Source: an uncultured Anaerolineaceae bacterium
GTDB taxonomy: Bacteria > Chloroflexota > Anaerolineae > Anaerolineales > UBA4823
Assembly: GCA_964484335.1 (NCBI GenBank)
Contig: CAZAGA010000002.1
Coordinates: 1-35,579, forward strand
Reading direction: 5' to 3'
Length of the DNA: 35,579 bases
The notes below the pieces were generated by a model, which saw only the letters and a program-made list of their open reading frames with translations, searched no databases and had not been told where the DNA came from. The number at the start of each line of letters is the position of its first letter. Positions within the stretch are counted from its first letter, which is position 1. Positions 8,708 through 17,973 of the stretch are shown here, piece after piece. A program made the translations under genes and the position numbers.

Positions 8708-10213
8708 ATGGAAAAATCCATTATCATCATCGGCGCAGGGATTGCTGGCCTGGCTGCCGGCTGCTATGGTCAAATGAACGGCTACAAGACCCAGATTTTT
8801 GAGTTGCACAATCTGCCAGGTGGCTTATGCACCGCCTGGGACCGCCAAGGATACATCTTTGACGGTTGCATACATTACCTATACGGATCGGCCCCTGGCA
8901 AGCCTTTTTATAGCTTGTGGGATGAGCTAGGCGCGCTCCAGGACAGCCAGATCATAAATCATCAAGAATTCATGCAGGTAATTGATCCGGCTGGCCAACG
9001 GTTATCTGCCTATGCAGACCCTGACTATTGGGAAGCCCACTTGCTTGAAAAATCGCCCCGCGATCGCAACTTAATCCTGGCAATTACCGCCGCTCTGCGA
9101 GATTATATGAACTTCGATATGGCGTTGATCCTTGATCAGCCCCGAGAGTTGATGAGCCTGGTGGACTGGATAAGGCTGGGGATGAAAATGATGCCGGTTG
9201 TACCCGCAACAGCCCGGTTTGGGATCCTGGATGCACAAGGCCTGGCCCAGAAATTCAAAGATCCTTTCCTTCGGAGGGCTTTCCCACACTTATTTGCCTG
9301 GCCGGAGATTCCGATGATTGCAGCCCTGGCGGGATTGGCGTATATGCATCAAGGGAATGCCGGCTTTCCAGCTGGCGGTTCCCTGGAATTTGCGCGCAGG
9401 ATCGAAAAACGCTACCTGGAATTAGGAGGCGAGATTCACTACAAATCACAAGTGCAAAAGATCCTGGTAAAGAATCATCGCGCCGCCGGGGTCCGGTTAT
9501 ATAGCGATGAAGAATTATATGCTGACTATGTTATCTCGACAGCCGATACGCGCGAAACGGTGTTTTCTCTGCTCGGAGATGAATACTGCACCCCAGGTTT
9601 TAGAAAAACTTTCCAGCCTGGAAGATTACCGGTACTATCCCAGGTATTGGTTTCGTATGGCATCCAGCGCGACCTTTCGCAGGAACCCCATTGGGCAACG
9701 TACTTACTTGACCGACCAATCTTAATTGCCGGCCGCGAGCACCATGAGATCGGGGTGAAGAATTATTGTTTCGACCCAAGCCTGGCGCCGGCGGGCCATT
9801 CTGTGATTGAAGTCATGCTGCGAACCGATTATGAATATTGGCAACAGATTTACGGACGGAAAATCTATGACACTGAACAAAACCAGGTCAGCGAACAGGT
9901 TTTAGATTTTCTAGAGACCATTTACCCTGGCATAAAGCAAGCGGTTGAGGTCCGTGATGTAGCGACGCCGCTCAGCTATGAAAGATATACCGGAAACTGG
10001 CTGGGTTCAACCTGCGGTTGGTTGCTGACCAAAAAGACACTTCCATTGATGGTCATGGGGATGAAAAAGAGCTTACCGGGAGTGGGCAACTTCTACCTGG
10101 CGGGACAGTGGGTAGAACCGGGCGGCAGCCTGCCCAGCGCAGCCTATTCCGGTCGAAACGCAATCCGCTTGATCCAACACAGCCTGGGCCAACCTTTCCG
10201 GAATAAACCTTAA
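8708..10213 (+). CDS. FAD-dependent oxidoreductase of the phytoene desaturase (CrtI/CrtD-like) / amine oxidase superfamily
   Basis: N-terminal Rossmann dinucleotide motif IIIIGAGIAGLAAG. About 500 aa, with C-terminal FYLAGQWVEPGGSLPSAAYSG typical of this family. ATG 8708 lies 1 nt after the MFS stop and is preferred over the track start at 8690. Confidence 0.7.
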   Translation: MEKSIIIIGAGIAGLAAGCYGQMNGYKTQIFELHNLPGGLCTAWDRQGYIFDGCIHYLYGSAPGKPFYSLWDELGALQDSQIINHQEFMQVIDPAGQRLSAYADPDYWEAHLLEKSPRDRNLILAITAALRDYMNFDMALILDQPRELMSLVDWIRLGMKMMPVVPATARFGILDAQGLAQKFKDPFLRRAFPHLFAWPEIPMIAALAGLAYMHQGNAGFPAGGSLEFARRIEKRYLELGGEIHYKSQVQKILVKNHRAAGVRLYSDEELYADYVISTADTRETVFSLLGDEYCTPGFRKTFQPGRLPVLSQVLVSYGIQRDLSQEPHWATYLLDRPILIAGREHHEIGVKNYCFDPSLAPAGHSVIEVMLRTDYEYWQQIYGRKIYDTEQNQVSEQVLDFLETIYPGIKQAVEVRDVATPLSYERYTGNWLGSTCGWLLTKKTLPLMVMGMKKSLPGVGNFYLAGQWVEPGGSLPSAAYSGRNAIRLIQHSLGQPFRNKP

Positions 10214-10219
10214 GAAGCA

Positions 10220-10702
10220 ATGGCTGACCTGAGCGATCGATCGACGCCCGCAACTCGTGCCCTGGATGAGTTGGGAATCCCTTACCAGTTTTTCCGCCAC
10301 CCTCGGCCGGTGACATCCCTGGAGCAGGCTGCTCAGGAACGCGGCCAGCGTCCAGAGCAAATCGTGCGCAGCATCCTGTTCCGGCTTTCTGATCAACAAT
10401 ATATTATGGTGCTGGTGGCTGGGCCTAACCAGCTTGCCTGGCCGCGCCTGCGCCAGTACCTGGGAGCCTCGCGGATGAGCATGGCCAGCCCTGAACAAGT
10501 CCTTGAAACGACAGGCTACCCAACCGGAGCAGTTTCACCTTTCGGCCTTCCCAAACCGATCCGGGTTTTACTCGATGAGAGCGTGTTGGCCGAAAGCGAG
10601 CTTTCCATCGGCAGCGGGGTGCGTAATACGACCCTCTTGATCCGGCGCGACGATCTGCTGCGCGCCCTGGGAAAGGTGGAAACTGGCCGGTTTGTCGAGT
10701 AA
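10220..10702 (+). CDS. YbaK/EbsC-family aminoacyl-tRNA deacylase-like protein
   Basis: 160 aa. KSILF-like IVRSILFRL, GYPTGAVSPFGL and a single-domain size fit the YbaK/ProRS-associated editing domain. Confidence 0.7.
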   Translation: MADLSDRSTPATRALDELGIPYQFFRHPRPVTSLEQAAQERGQRPEQIVRSILFRLSDQQYIMVLVAGPNQLAWPRLRQYLGASRMSMASPEQVLETTGYPTGAVSPFGLPKPIRVLLDESVLAESELSIGSGVRNTTLLIRRDDLLRALGKVETGRFVE

Positions 10703-10724
10703 AATACCTCTCAAAGGAGCGAAT

Positions 10725-11948
10725 ATGCAATTTAATCAGATTTTGGAAGATTACTTGATTGAAGGCTTGCCCCGTTACCTGGCTATCCTAGAGAAGATGG
10801 TGTCGATCAACAGCTTCACCGCCAATAGCCAGGGCATCAACCATCTCGGGGTGGTAACAGCTGAGCTTTTTTCTGGATTGGATTTTCGCGCTGAATTTGT
10901 CCAGTCCCAAAACCCAGCATTCGGGAAACACTTATTTCTCAGTCGGCCAGGTAACCAGCGGGCACAAGTTGCGCTGATCTCGCACCTGGACACCGTCTTT
11001 CCCTTGGAGGAAGAGATCGCCAATAATTTCACCTGGCGGGTGGAGGGCGAGCGCGCTTACGGACCCGGAACGGTGGACATTAAAGGCGGTACGCTAATGA
11101 TCTTTATGGTTCTGGAAAGCCTGAAGCATTGCTACCCGGATTTATATCATTCAATTTCCTGGCTGGTGGCAATTGACGCCAGCGAAGAAGTACTCTCAAG
11201 AGACTTTGGAAAGGAACTGCTGCGTCGTTTAGGACCAGAAACGCTGGCCTGCCTGGTTTTTGAAGGGGGAACACCGCTGGAGACAAAGTACCCCTTGGTA
11301 ACTGCCCGAAAGGGACGGGCTAAATATATCGTAACGGTCGAGGGCCGCTCTGCGCATGCTGGCAACCACCATGATAAGGGAGCTAATGCAATCATCCAAA
11401 TGGCGCACACCGTTCAGCAAATCGCCGCGCTGACAAACTACGACCAGCAGTTGACGTTCAATGTAGGCACTGTCCATGGTGGAAGCGTAGTGAACCGGGT
11501 GCCCCATTACGCACAAGCCGAGGTAGAAATGCGTACGTTCTCACCACAAGTATTCAGCCAGGGTGCGGAAAATATTCTGGCACTCAATGGAAAATCCCAT
11601 GTGTCCAGCCAGGATGGTTTTCCATGTAAAGTTGAGATCCACCAGGTCGAAAGCACCAGCCCATGGCCGCGAAATCCCGGCACAGACCGGTTATTTGAGT
11701 TATACAAAGAAGTCGGCGCCAGCCTGGGCATGTCCATCATCCCAGAAGAACGAGGCGGCCTGAGCGACGGTAATCATCTCTGGAAGCACTACCCGACCCT
11801 GGATGGTTTAGGGCCAGTGGGCAATAATGCACATTGTTCTGAACGTTCGCCCGATGGAAGTAAAGACCAGGAATATGTTCTGCTCTCGTCTTTCATCCCC
11901 AAAACGATCCTGAATGTGGGAGCTATCCGACGGTTGGTAAATTTATAA
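10725..11948 (+). CDS. M20-family metallopeptidase (carboxypeptidase G2 / glutamate carboxypeptidase-like)
   Basis: LISHLDTVFP, YGPGTVDIKGG and RSAHAGNHH are typical M20 motifs. AAAGGAG (10713-10719) precedes ATG 10725, which is preferred over the track start at 10692. Confidence 0.8.
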   Translation: MQFNQILEDYLIEGLPRYLAILEKMVSINSFTANSQGINHLGVVTAELFSGLDFRAEFVQSQNPAFGKHLFLSRPGNQRAQVALISHLDTVFPLEEEIANNFTWRVEGERAYGPGTVDIKGGTLMIFMVLESLKHCYPDLYHSISWLVAIDASEEVLSRDFGKELLRRLGPETLACLVFEGGTPLETKYPLVTARKGRAKYIVTVEGRSAHAGNHHDKGANAIIQMAHTVQQIAALTNYDQQLTFNVGTVHGGSVVNRVPHYAQAEVEMRTFSPQVFSQGAENILALNGKSHVSSQDGFPCKVEIHQVESTSPWPRNPGTDRLFELYKEVGASLGMSIIPEERGGLSDGNHLWKHYPTLDGLGPVGNNAHCSERSPDGSKDQEYVLLSSFIPKTILNVGAIRRLVNL

Positions 11949-11954
11949 CAACGC

Positions 11955-12821
11955 CTAATCTTGAAGAGGGAAATAGCACAAACCTGTCGTCCCCGGCCCG
12001 GAATGAACACCGAGCGCTGGAGACAGCTCGCAAACGTATGATTCCACTACGGTTATCCGCTCCTCAATCATCGCTTTCAGCTTAAGGACATCCGCCTGAG
12101 CAGCAGCATGCATATAGGCAGCTTTTATCTTGCCCTTGTAACCGACGGCTTTTTCCACCAGGCGAGTGATCGCCTGGTGGGCTTCACCCTGGCTGTGGGC
12201 GCGGCCTAAGGCGACGATCTCCCCATTTTCCATACCGATTAAAGGTTTGATCCGCAGCAGTGAGCCAAGCAGGTGCTTGGCACGGCCAATCCGGCCACCG
12301 AGATAGAGATATCGCAGGGTGTCGGCAGTTTGGACCATCCGGGTCACCGGGATCAGAGATTGGACCTTATCAACCACCTGGTTGACCGACTTTCCTGACA
12401 GGGCTTCTCGGGCTGCTTCGATCACCATCCAGCCATGGCACATGGATACATTGAGCGTATCAATCACCTCAATCCGCAGCTGGGGCAAACTCTCGGTAAT
12501 CATCTCCCGAGCATCGATCGCTGATTGATAAGCGCCACTGCCCTTGGAGGTCATGTGGATACTGACGATATCTTCTACACCCTGTGCTGCCAGGGATTCA
12601 TACAACGCATAATAATCCCCAGGGCCAGGGCAGGCAGTCTTGGGCAGCTCACGTGCCGTCAAGATCCACTGGTAAAATGCCTGCGGTTGGATTGTGACCA
12701 AATCACGAAGTACCTCTTGACCCCGGTGGATGTAGTAAGGTACCCAGTGGATATTTAGTTCTTTGAGTAAGCGCTCTGGGATACTGGCTACGCTGTCGGT
12801 GACAATCGCGATGGCGCTCAA
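11955..12821 (-). CDS. DegV-family fatty-acid-binding protein
   Basis: 288 aa. N-terminal IAIVTDSVASIP plus the overall length are typical of DegV. It converges on the M20 gene with only 6 nt between stop codons. Confidence 0.8.
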   Translation of the reverse strand: MSAIAIVTDSVASIPERLLKELNIHWVPYYIHRGQEVLRDLVTIQPQAFYQWILTARELPKTACPGPGDYYALYESLAAQGVEDIVSIHMTSKGSGAYQSAIDAREMITESLPQLRIEVIDTLNVSMCHGWMVIEAAREALSGKSVNQVVDKVQSLIPVTRMVQTADTLRYLYLGGRIGRAKHLLGSLLRIKPLIGMENGEIVALGRAHSQGEAHQAITRLVEKAVGYKGKIKAAYMHAAAQADVLKLKAMIEERITVVESYVCELSPALGVHSGPGTTGLCYFPLQD

Positions 12822-12943
12822 TTCTATCTCTCCTCTTGCCTAAATTAATCGCTTTATGCTATTCTATAAAGAATATCGCTTCACCTGACCATAGATTACT
12901 CTTCCAGCTTTCCTCATTATATTCAAATTTTCGGAGGATGTCG

Positions 12944-14092
12944 ATGCAAAATCTGGATCCGTACACCGCTCTACAAATGCTGGACAGCATGCTCAACCCG
13001 TGGAGACTGGCGGTTGACGACCCTCGTAAAGCCCAGGAAACCGTTTTGCACAACCTACTTCTCGACTATGCGAAAACCACTTACGGAAAAGAGCATAGCG
13101 CAGGCAATATTGACCGCCTGGAAGACTACCGGCGCGCTTTTCCGATTGCAACCTATACAGATTACCGGTCACTGATTGAGCGCGATATGAGCGGGGCAGC
13201 TTCCGCCTTGTTGTGGGAAGAGCCGATAGGCTGGGCAATCACACGTGGCACCACCCAAGGTGAATCCAAGTACATTCCAATGACCCCAACCGATATGCGT
13301 TTACGGATTAACGCCGGGCGAGCGATGATGAACTACGTCGCCAGTACAAAACGCCTGGACCTATTTAGCGGAGTGAATCTTAACCTGAACTTTCCAGCAG
13401 TGGTAGGTAGGATCAAGGTTGGCGAGCGTGAAATTGAATACGGTTATAGCTCAGGCATCTATACGAAATACGTCTCGGCCTTTACACCCATTCGCTCTGT
13501 TCCAACCCAAGACGAAATTGACGCCCTGGGTGGCGGGAAATCCGTAAAAGATTGGGAAAAGCGCTTCGAGCTGGCTTACGAAAAATGCAAAGACTTGAAT
13601 GTCAGCCTGGTGGGAGGGGTTGCCCCGACCGCATTACGCTTCGGTCGTTATCTGCATCATGCCCACCAGCTATATCCAAAGGACATCTGGAAGACTCAAA
13701 TATTAACCCTGGGTAGCGTGCCGGGAATTAACACCCGTTACCAACCCAGCCTGCAGGCTCTGTATGGGGCAGTCGAAATCCGAGAAATTTATGGGGCGAC
13801 GGAGGGTATGTTTGGGCAGCAACGCGATGAAAAGCACGCCTGGACGCCAAATTACGATCTATTTTTCTTTGAGGTAGCTACCCGCAGCGGAATTAAGCTG
13901 TTGCACGAGATGAAACCTGGCGAAATGGGTGGGCTGATTGTCAGCACCCCGGTCCTGCCGCGTTACCGGATTGGCGATTTGATTCGAGCCTTCGAGCCGC
14001 CCTATTTTCGGTGCATTGGGCGCGAAAAATGGAGCACCCCACTGCGCTATGCCTGGGATGAACTGACAACTTTTAACCTGGGCCAACTATAG
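12944..14092 (+). CDS. GH3-family (ANL-superfamily acyl-adenylate/amido synthetase) protein lacking the C-terminal domain
   Basis: Family landmarks appear in order: WAITRGTTQGESKYIPMT, LVGGVAPTAL, YGATEGMFGQQRD, LPRYRIGDLIRAFEPPYFRCIGRE. The ORF stops about 25 codons after the hinge motif. GGAGG (12933-12937) favours ATG 12944 over ATG 12938 or the TTG at 12836. Confidence 0.8.
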   Translation: MQNLDPYTALQMLDSMLNPWRLAVDDPRKAQETVLHNLLLDYAKTTYGKEHSAGNIDRLEDYRRAFPIATYTDYRSLIERDMSGAASALLWEEPIGWAITRGTTQGESKYIPMTPTDMRLRINAGRAMMNYVASTKRLDLFSGVNLNLNFPAVVGRIKVGEREIEYGYSSGIYTKYVSAFTPIRSVPTQDEIDALGGGKSVKDWEKRFELAYEKCKDLNVSLVGGVAPTALRFGRYLHHAHQLYPKDIWKTQILTLGSVPGINTRYQPSLQALYGAVEIREIYGATEGMFGQQRDEKHAWTPNYDLFFFEVATRSGIKLLHEMKPGEMGGLIVSTPVLPRYRIGDLIRAFEPPYFRCIGREKWSTPLRYAWDELTTFNLGQL

Positions 14093-14102
14093 ATAAGTTG
14101 GG

Positions 14103-14138
14103 AGAGCTGTGCACCGGTTGTCACTGGTGCACAGCTCT
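14103..14138. terminator. Strong hairpin between convergent genes (probable bidirectional terminator, non-canonical U-tract)
   Basis: Perfect 13-bp stem AGAGCTGTGCACC (14103-14115) / GGTGCACAGCTCT (14126-14138), 10-nt loop. It is flanked by ATTAAAAAAG on the plus strand. Confidence 0.6.
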
Positions 14139-14151
14139 ATTAAAAAAGACA

Positions 14152-14613
14152 TCAAGCGCTGCGCTTGCCGAAGCCACGCGTCAGGATCGAGATTCCCAGG
14201 ATGATCAAGGCGACAGCCCAAATGACGCCCCAGTTGATCAGGTCCCCTAAACCAATTCCAAGCAGGATCACCGCCAGGATAATCGTGCCTGTGATGGGTT
14301 TCCGGTAGGCGGGCACCAGCACTCGGATTAGAACCAGGAGCAATAAGATCACTCCTGCGCCAATCAGCACCAAAGGCCAGGCCTGGATAATTTTTTCAAA
14401 GCCACCCATCATGGGTAAATCATCGGCCCGTTGGAGCAGAAAATCAAGCATCCCAAGATTGCTGGCCAGGAAAACCAAACCTGCCCAGATGAAGATCGCG
14501 GCCCAACCTAAGCGGGCCAACGGATCATCCTGCCACTTTTCTTCCCAGGTCTTCTCTTCAGTTTTCTCGTCGTGTTTTTCGCGCTCTTTTTCGTCAAATT
14601 TCTCGTCAGCCAT
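14152..14613 (-). CDS. Hypothetical membrane protein with highly charged Lys/Glu/Asp-rich N-terminus
   Basis: 153 aa: MADEKFDEKEREKHDEKTEEKTWEEKW followed by four hydrophobic segments. GGGAGGG lies upstream of the ATG. I recognise no family. Confidence 0.6.
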   Translation of the reverse strand: MADEKFDEKEREKHDEKTEEKTWEEKWQDDPLARLGWAAIFIWAGLVFLASNLGMLDFLLQRADDLPMMGGFEKIIQAWPLVLIGAGVILLLLVLIRVLVPAYRKPITGTIILAVILLGIGLGDLINWGVIWAVALIILGISILTRGFGKRSA

Positions 14614-14698
14614 CCTGCCCTCCCGGTTGAAAATTTATTACGGTCAGCGTCTTACCCCTGAGGCGCAGATGATTAATGCATAATTAATATACCACAAG

Positions 14699-17101
14699 TC
14701 AGTCCAGGATTCCAGCCACCAGGCGAGATCCATCGGCGCGTGCAAAATAATTCCGGTAGGAGCGGGTCTCCTCCAACAGGAGAGTCAAGCTAGCTTCAGC
14801 GCCTCCAGCAGAGGAAAGTGGCCGGGGGCTCTTCTGTTCGGTCAGATTCTCACCCTCCAGGTTAGGACTTCCCGGTCGTTTAAATACAATCTGACCAGGT
14901 AGTGGCTCTCTCCAGAGAAGATAACCTGCCTCCATCATCCATTGCAAGCCTTTGCGGACTGTTAATTCACGTTGGGCCAGGCCAACGGCCAGGCGACCCA
15001 GGAGGGTCTGGCCACCTTCTTGTCGAAGGCAATACTTAACCATCCCAGCCAGCCGGTTCAGGAAATAGTTTAAGTCATCAGTTCGCGGCATGATCGAAAA
15101 CAAAAAAATCGTTGATGGCCTGGTTCGCTGAATGACCTCTTCGAGAACCTCTGGTCCCGGAGGTGGAGTCCAGACCGCCAGAGGCACGCCCACAATCAGC
15201 CCGGCTCTCCCGGAGGCAGCAACACCTTTTGAAGCCAACAACTCCAATGCCTCGCCTTCTGCCCACACCTGCACATCACCACGGCTCATCAATTCCAGCA
15301 AGGCGGGCAGAGGGTGTTCAAACTGGCGCAAATCCTCAATCGCAGGGCGATAGACAGGTTCTGCCAGGGGGAGGACCTGCTGCGAAGGACGAAAATCCAA
15401 CCACTCCAATTGAAGCGACCGCTGGCCGCGGAAAGTCACCCCGCGCAGGCTGAAAGCGAGGTCAAAACGTCCTTCTGGGAGAGGCCAGCCAGCTCCTTGC
15501 CACCAGATCAATTTTTGGGGAATCCCAGCCGCGTCTTCAACAAGTACCGAAAGGTGCTCGCCGCCTCGCCCAACTGGAGCTGCGCTGGCAAGTTGTAAGT
15601 CTCGGCAGGCCAGTACCAAGGGTGGATTACCGGCGCCAAACGGCGCCAATCTTTCGATATCAGCTGCCAGGTCAAGGCTCAGCTCGGACATGTCAAGATA
15701 CGCATCGATCGATAGAGTCGGCTCCGGCAAAGCCGGGGCCTGGTCCAAAGTTCGCCATAAACCACGCCGGAAATCGTTGATTCTTTCAGGCAGCAGAGAA
15801 AATCCAGCCGCCATGGCATGCCCGCCATGATCTTCGAGAAGAGCCGAGTGGGTCTTTAGCAGGTTGGCCAGGTGAAGGCCCTGCACTGAGCGAGCCGAGC
15901 CACGCGCTAAACTCCCTGGAGGACTGGAGATCAAGAATACCGGCTTATGGGTGTATTCCACCAGGCGGCTGGCGACAATACCTAAAATACCGCCCGGCCA
16001 TTCCGGATGGGCAAGCACCACGGCCGGCCCAGCCGCAAGTTCCGGATTGCGCTCAAGCTGGGAAAGCGCACCCTGGAAAACCTGGCTGGTTAGCAGTTTT
16101 CGCGATTCGTTCATCCCCTCAATTTGCGCTGCCAACAGGCGCGCTTTCCCCAAGTCAGTTGTAGTTAGCAGTTCCACCGCAGGGTTGGCGTCTCCGAGTC
16201 GTCCGAGCGCATTTAAGCGTGGTGCAAGCTCAAAGCCGATATGCTCCTCATTCACCAGCCCCGATTCCAGCTCGGCCAACTCCAAGATGGCCAGCAGGCC
16301 AGCACGGCGGGTCTGGCGCAGGGCAACCAGTCCACGCTGGAGCAAGTAGCGAGTATCGAGCTGCTGTGGTGCGACATCGGCGACTATTCCAAGGGCAACC
16401 AGGTCCAAAAATTGGTGCGATTCCAATTGGCGACTGAGACGCTCATACAACGCCTGGACGAGCTTATAGGCTACACCTACACCGGGTAAGCCAAAAAGGC
16501 GATGCCCATCTGGCAGCAAGCGAGGATTCAGGATCACGAAAGGCGTTGGGAGTTCATCGGGAAGTTCATGGTGGTCGGTGACGATCGTTTCCACCCCACG
16601 CTCCCGGGCATATTCGATAGCCTGGTGGGCGGAGACGCCGCAATCACAGGTTAACAGCAGGCTCACCGACCCCCATCCGGGCTGTCCGCCCAGCGCTGCA
16701 CCGGTCTTCCCTTCCAAAACTTGAGCCAGGAAGGGAATCTTGATGCCATGCGATTCAAGTTCCCGGACTGGAATATGATAAACCACCCGCGCACCGAGAT
16801 CCTGCAGGGCTGAGACCAGCAACGAAGTCGCCGTCTGGCCATCGACATCAAAATCTCCCCACACACAGATCGTTTCAGCAGATTGAATCGCTTTCACCAA
16901 CCGGTCAACTGCCCGGTCCATGCCAGGAAATTCATAGGGTGAAGCGGGTTGATACTGATCGGGATCCAGGAAAGCGCTGGCGCTGGTGCTGTCCTTGAAG
17001 CCACGCCGGATCAACATTTCGGCCAGCATCCGACGTCCGCCTACCAATTGCTCGATCGCCTCAGGAATACTGACTGGTTCAGGTTCGATCCAGGTGGTCA
17101 T
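14699..17101 (-). CDS. recJ: Single-stranded-DNA-specific 5'-3' exonuclease RecJ (long form, 800 aa)
   Basis: DHH-family motifs VWGDFDVDGQT, LLTCDCG and IVTDHH, plus the DHHA1 motif GGHAMAAG. ATG 17101 lies 2 nt after the stop of the upstream nuclease gene. Confidence 0.9.
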   Translation of the reverse strand: MTTWIEPEPVSIPEAIEQLVGGRRMLAEMLIRRGFKDSTSASAFLDPDQYQPASPYEFPGMDRAVDRLVKAIQSAETICVWGDFDVDGQTATSLLVSALQDLGARVVYHIPVRELESHGIKIPFLAQVLEGKTGAALGGQPGWGSVSLLLTCDCGVSAHQAIEYARERGVETIVTDHHELPDELPTPFVILNPRLLPDGHRLFGLPGVGVAYKLVQALYERLSRQLESHQFLDLVALGIVADVAPQQLDTRYLLQRGLVALRQTRRAGLLAILELAELESGLVNEEHIGFELAPRLNALGRLGDANPAVELLTTTDLGKARLLAAQIEGMNESRKLLTSQVFQGALSQLERNPELAAGPAVVLAHPEWPGGILGIVASRLVEYTHKPVFLISSPPGSLARGSARSVQGLHLANLLKTHSALLEDHGGHAMAAGFSLLPERINDFRRGLWRTLDQAPALPEPTLSIDAYLDMSELSLDLAADIERLAPFGAGNPPLVLACRDLQLASAAPVGRGGEHLSVLVEDAAGIPQKLIWWQGAGWPLPEGRFDLAFSLRGVTFRGQRSLQLEWLDFRPSQQVLPLAEPVYRPAIEDLRQFEHPLPALLELMSRGDVQVWAEGEALELLASKGVAASGRAGLIVGVPLAVWTPPPGPEVLEEVIQRTRPSTIFLFSIMPRTDDLNYFLNRLAGMVKYCLRQEGGQTLLGRLAVGLAQRELTVRKGLQWMMEAGYLLWREPLPGQIVFKRPGSPNLEGENLTEQKSPRPLSSAGGAEASLTLLLEETRSYRNYFARADGSRLVAGILD

Positions 17102-17103
17102 CT

Positions 17104-17973
17104 CTAAAACACGATTTCCCCAACCTGATCAAAATCGAAACCGATCTCTCCAGGTGTCTCGTTCTCTTCCCAGTTTTCGACGGACCCTAAATCGCCGGCA
17201 GCCGTGCCTCGGTCACAGTAGGAGCGATAAACACAGAATCGGCAGCGCTCGGTCTGCTCAGTTGGCTTGAAGTCAGCTTGCTCCAGTTTGGCGATCTCTT
17301 CGATCAGCCCAGACAGATAGCGTTCATCCGCCTGGAATTGTTCAGTGCTGTATGGGAATACTTCGGGCTGGGCCGGGTAATCCGCGAACCAGTAAATCAT
17401 TTTTAATTGATCTGGGGTGATCGAGAGCGAGTCATTCCAACCAGAGCCGGATCGCGCCACCAGGTAGGGATAGACGCGAGTCTGCAGCCGGGCAGCCAAC
17501 CAGGGTCGCGACAGACGTTTGCGGGCAGTTTTCCAATCGTAAATCAGAACTTCTCCAACGGAACGCGCCAGGATCAGGTCGCACTTTGCTAATAAGCGGG
17601 CGCCAGCCAGAGGCTGAGAGAGGGTTATCTCGGGAAATAGCCGGCTTGGCGCTTCTCGCAGAATCTCCAGCGTTCCCGATTGGCGTGCGCTCTGAAATTG
17701 ATTCCACCAGCGTTGGAGATCAGGCTCATGGACATGGCTGGACAAAAGATCATCCGGAATTCCCAGCAGCGAGCGGTGAACCATCTGATGAAAGCGAGCG
17801 CCTTGCTGCATCCAAAGCTCATTTTCTAAAACGGGTTCGCTCTGGATTGCTGGCCAGGCTAGTTTCTGGACATGGCGCAGGTAATAGCGGCGCGGGCAAT
17901 CGACATAATCCTGTAAACTCGCCGCAGAATGTATCAGGACCGGTTTCTTGGTCAGGCCAGCCGGTTCGTTCAC
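17104..17973 (-). CDS. Stand-alone PD-(D/E)XK nuclease with four-Cys (Fe-S) signature, Cas4/AddB-nuclease-like
   Basis: 289 aa. N-terminal Cys in DCPRRYYLRH, nuclease core CDLIL...VLIYDWKT (D...DxK), QTRVYPYLV (QxxxY) and C-terminal CRFCVYRSYC (CxxCx5C). The GTG start overlaps the helicase stop (GTGA, 17970-17973). Confidence 0.8.
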   Translation of the reverse strand: MNEPAGLTKKPVLIHSAASLQDYVDCPRRYYLRHVQKLAWPAIQSEPVLENELWMQQGARFHQMVHRSLLGIPDDLLSSHVHEPDLQRWWNQFQSARQSGTLEILREAPSRLFPEITLSQPLAGARLLAKCDLILARSVGEVLIYDWKTARKRLSRPWLAARLQTRVYPYLVARSGSGWNDSLSITPDQLKMIYWFADYPAQPEVFPYSTEQFQADERYLSGLIEEIAKLEQADFKPTEQTERCRFCVYRSYCDRGTAAGDLGSVENWEENETPGEIGFDFDQVGEIVF

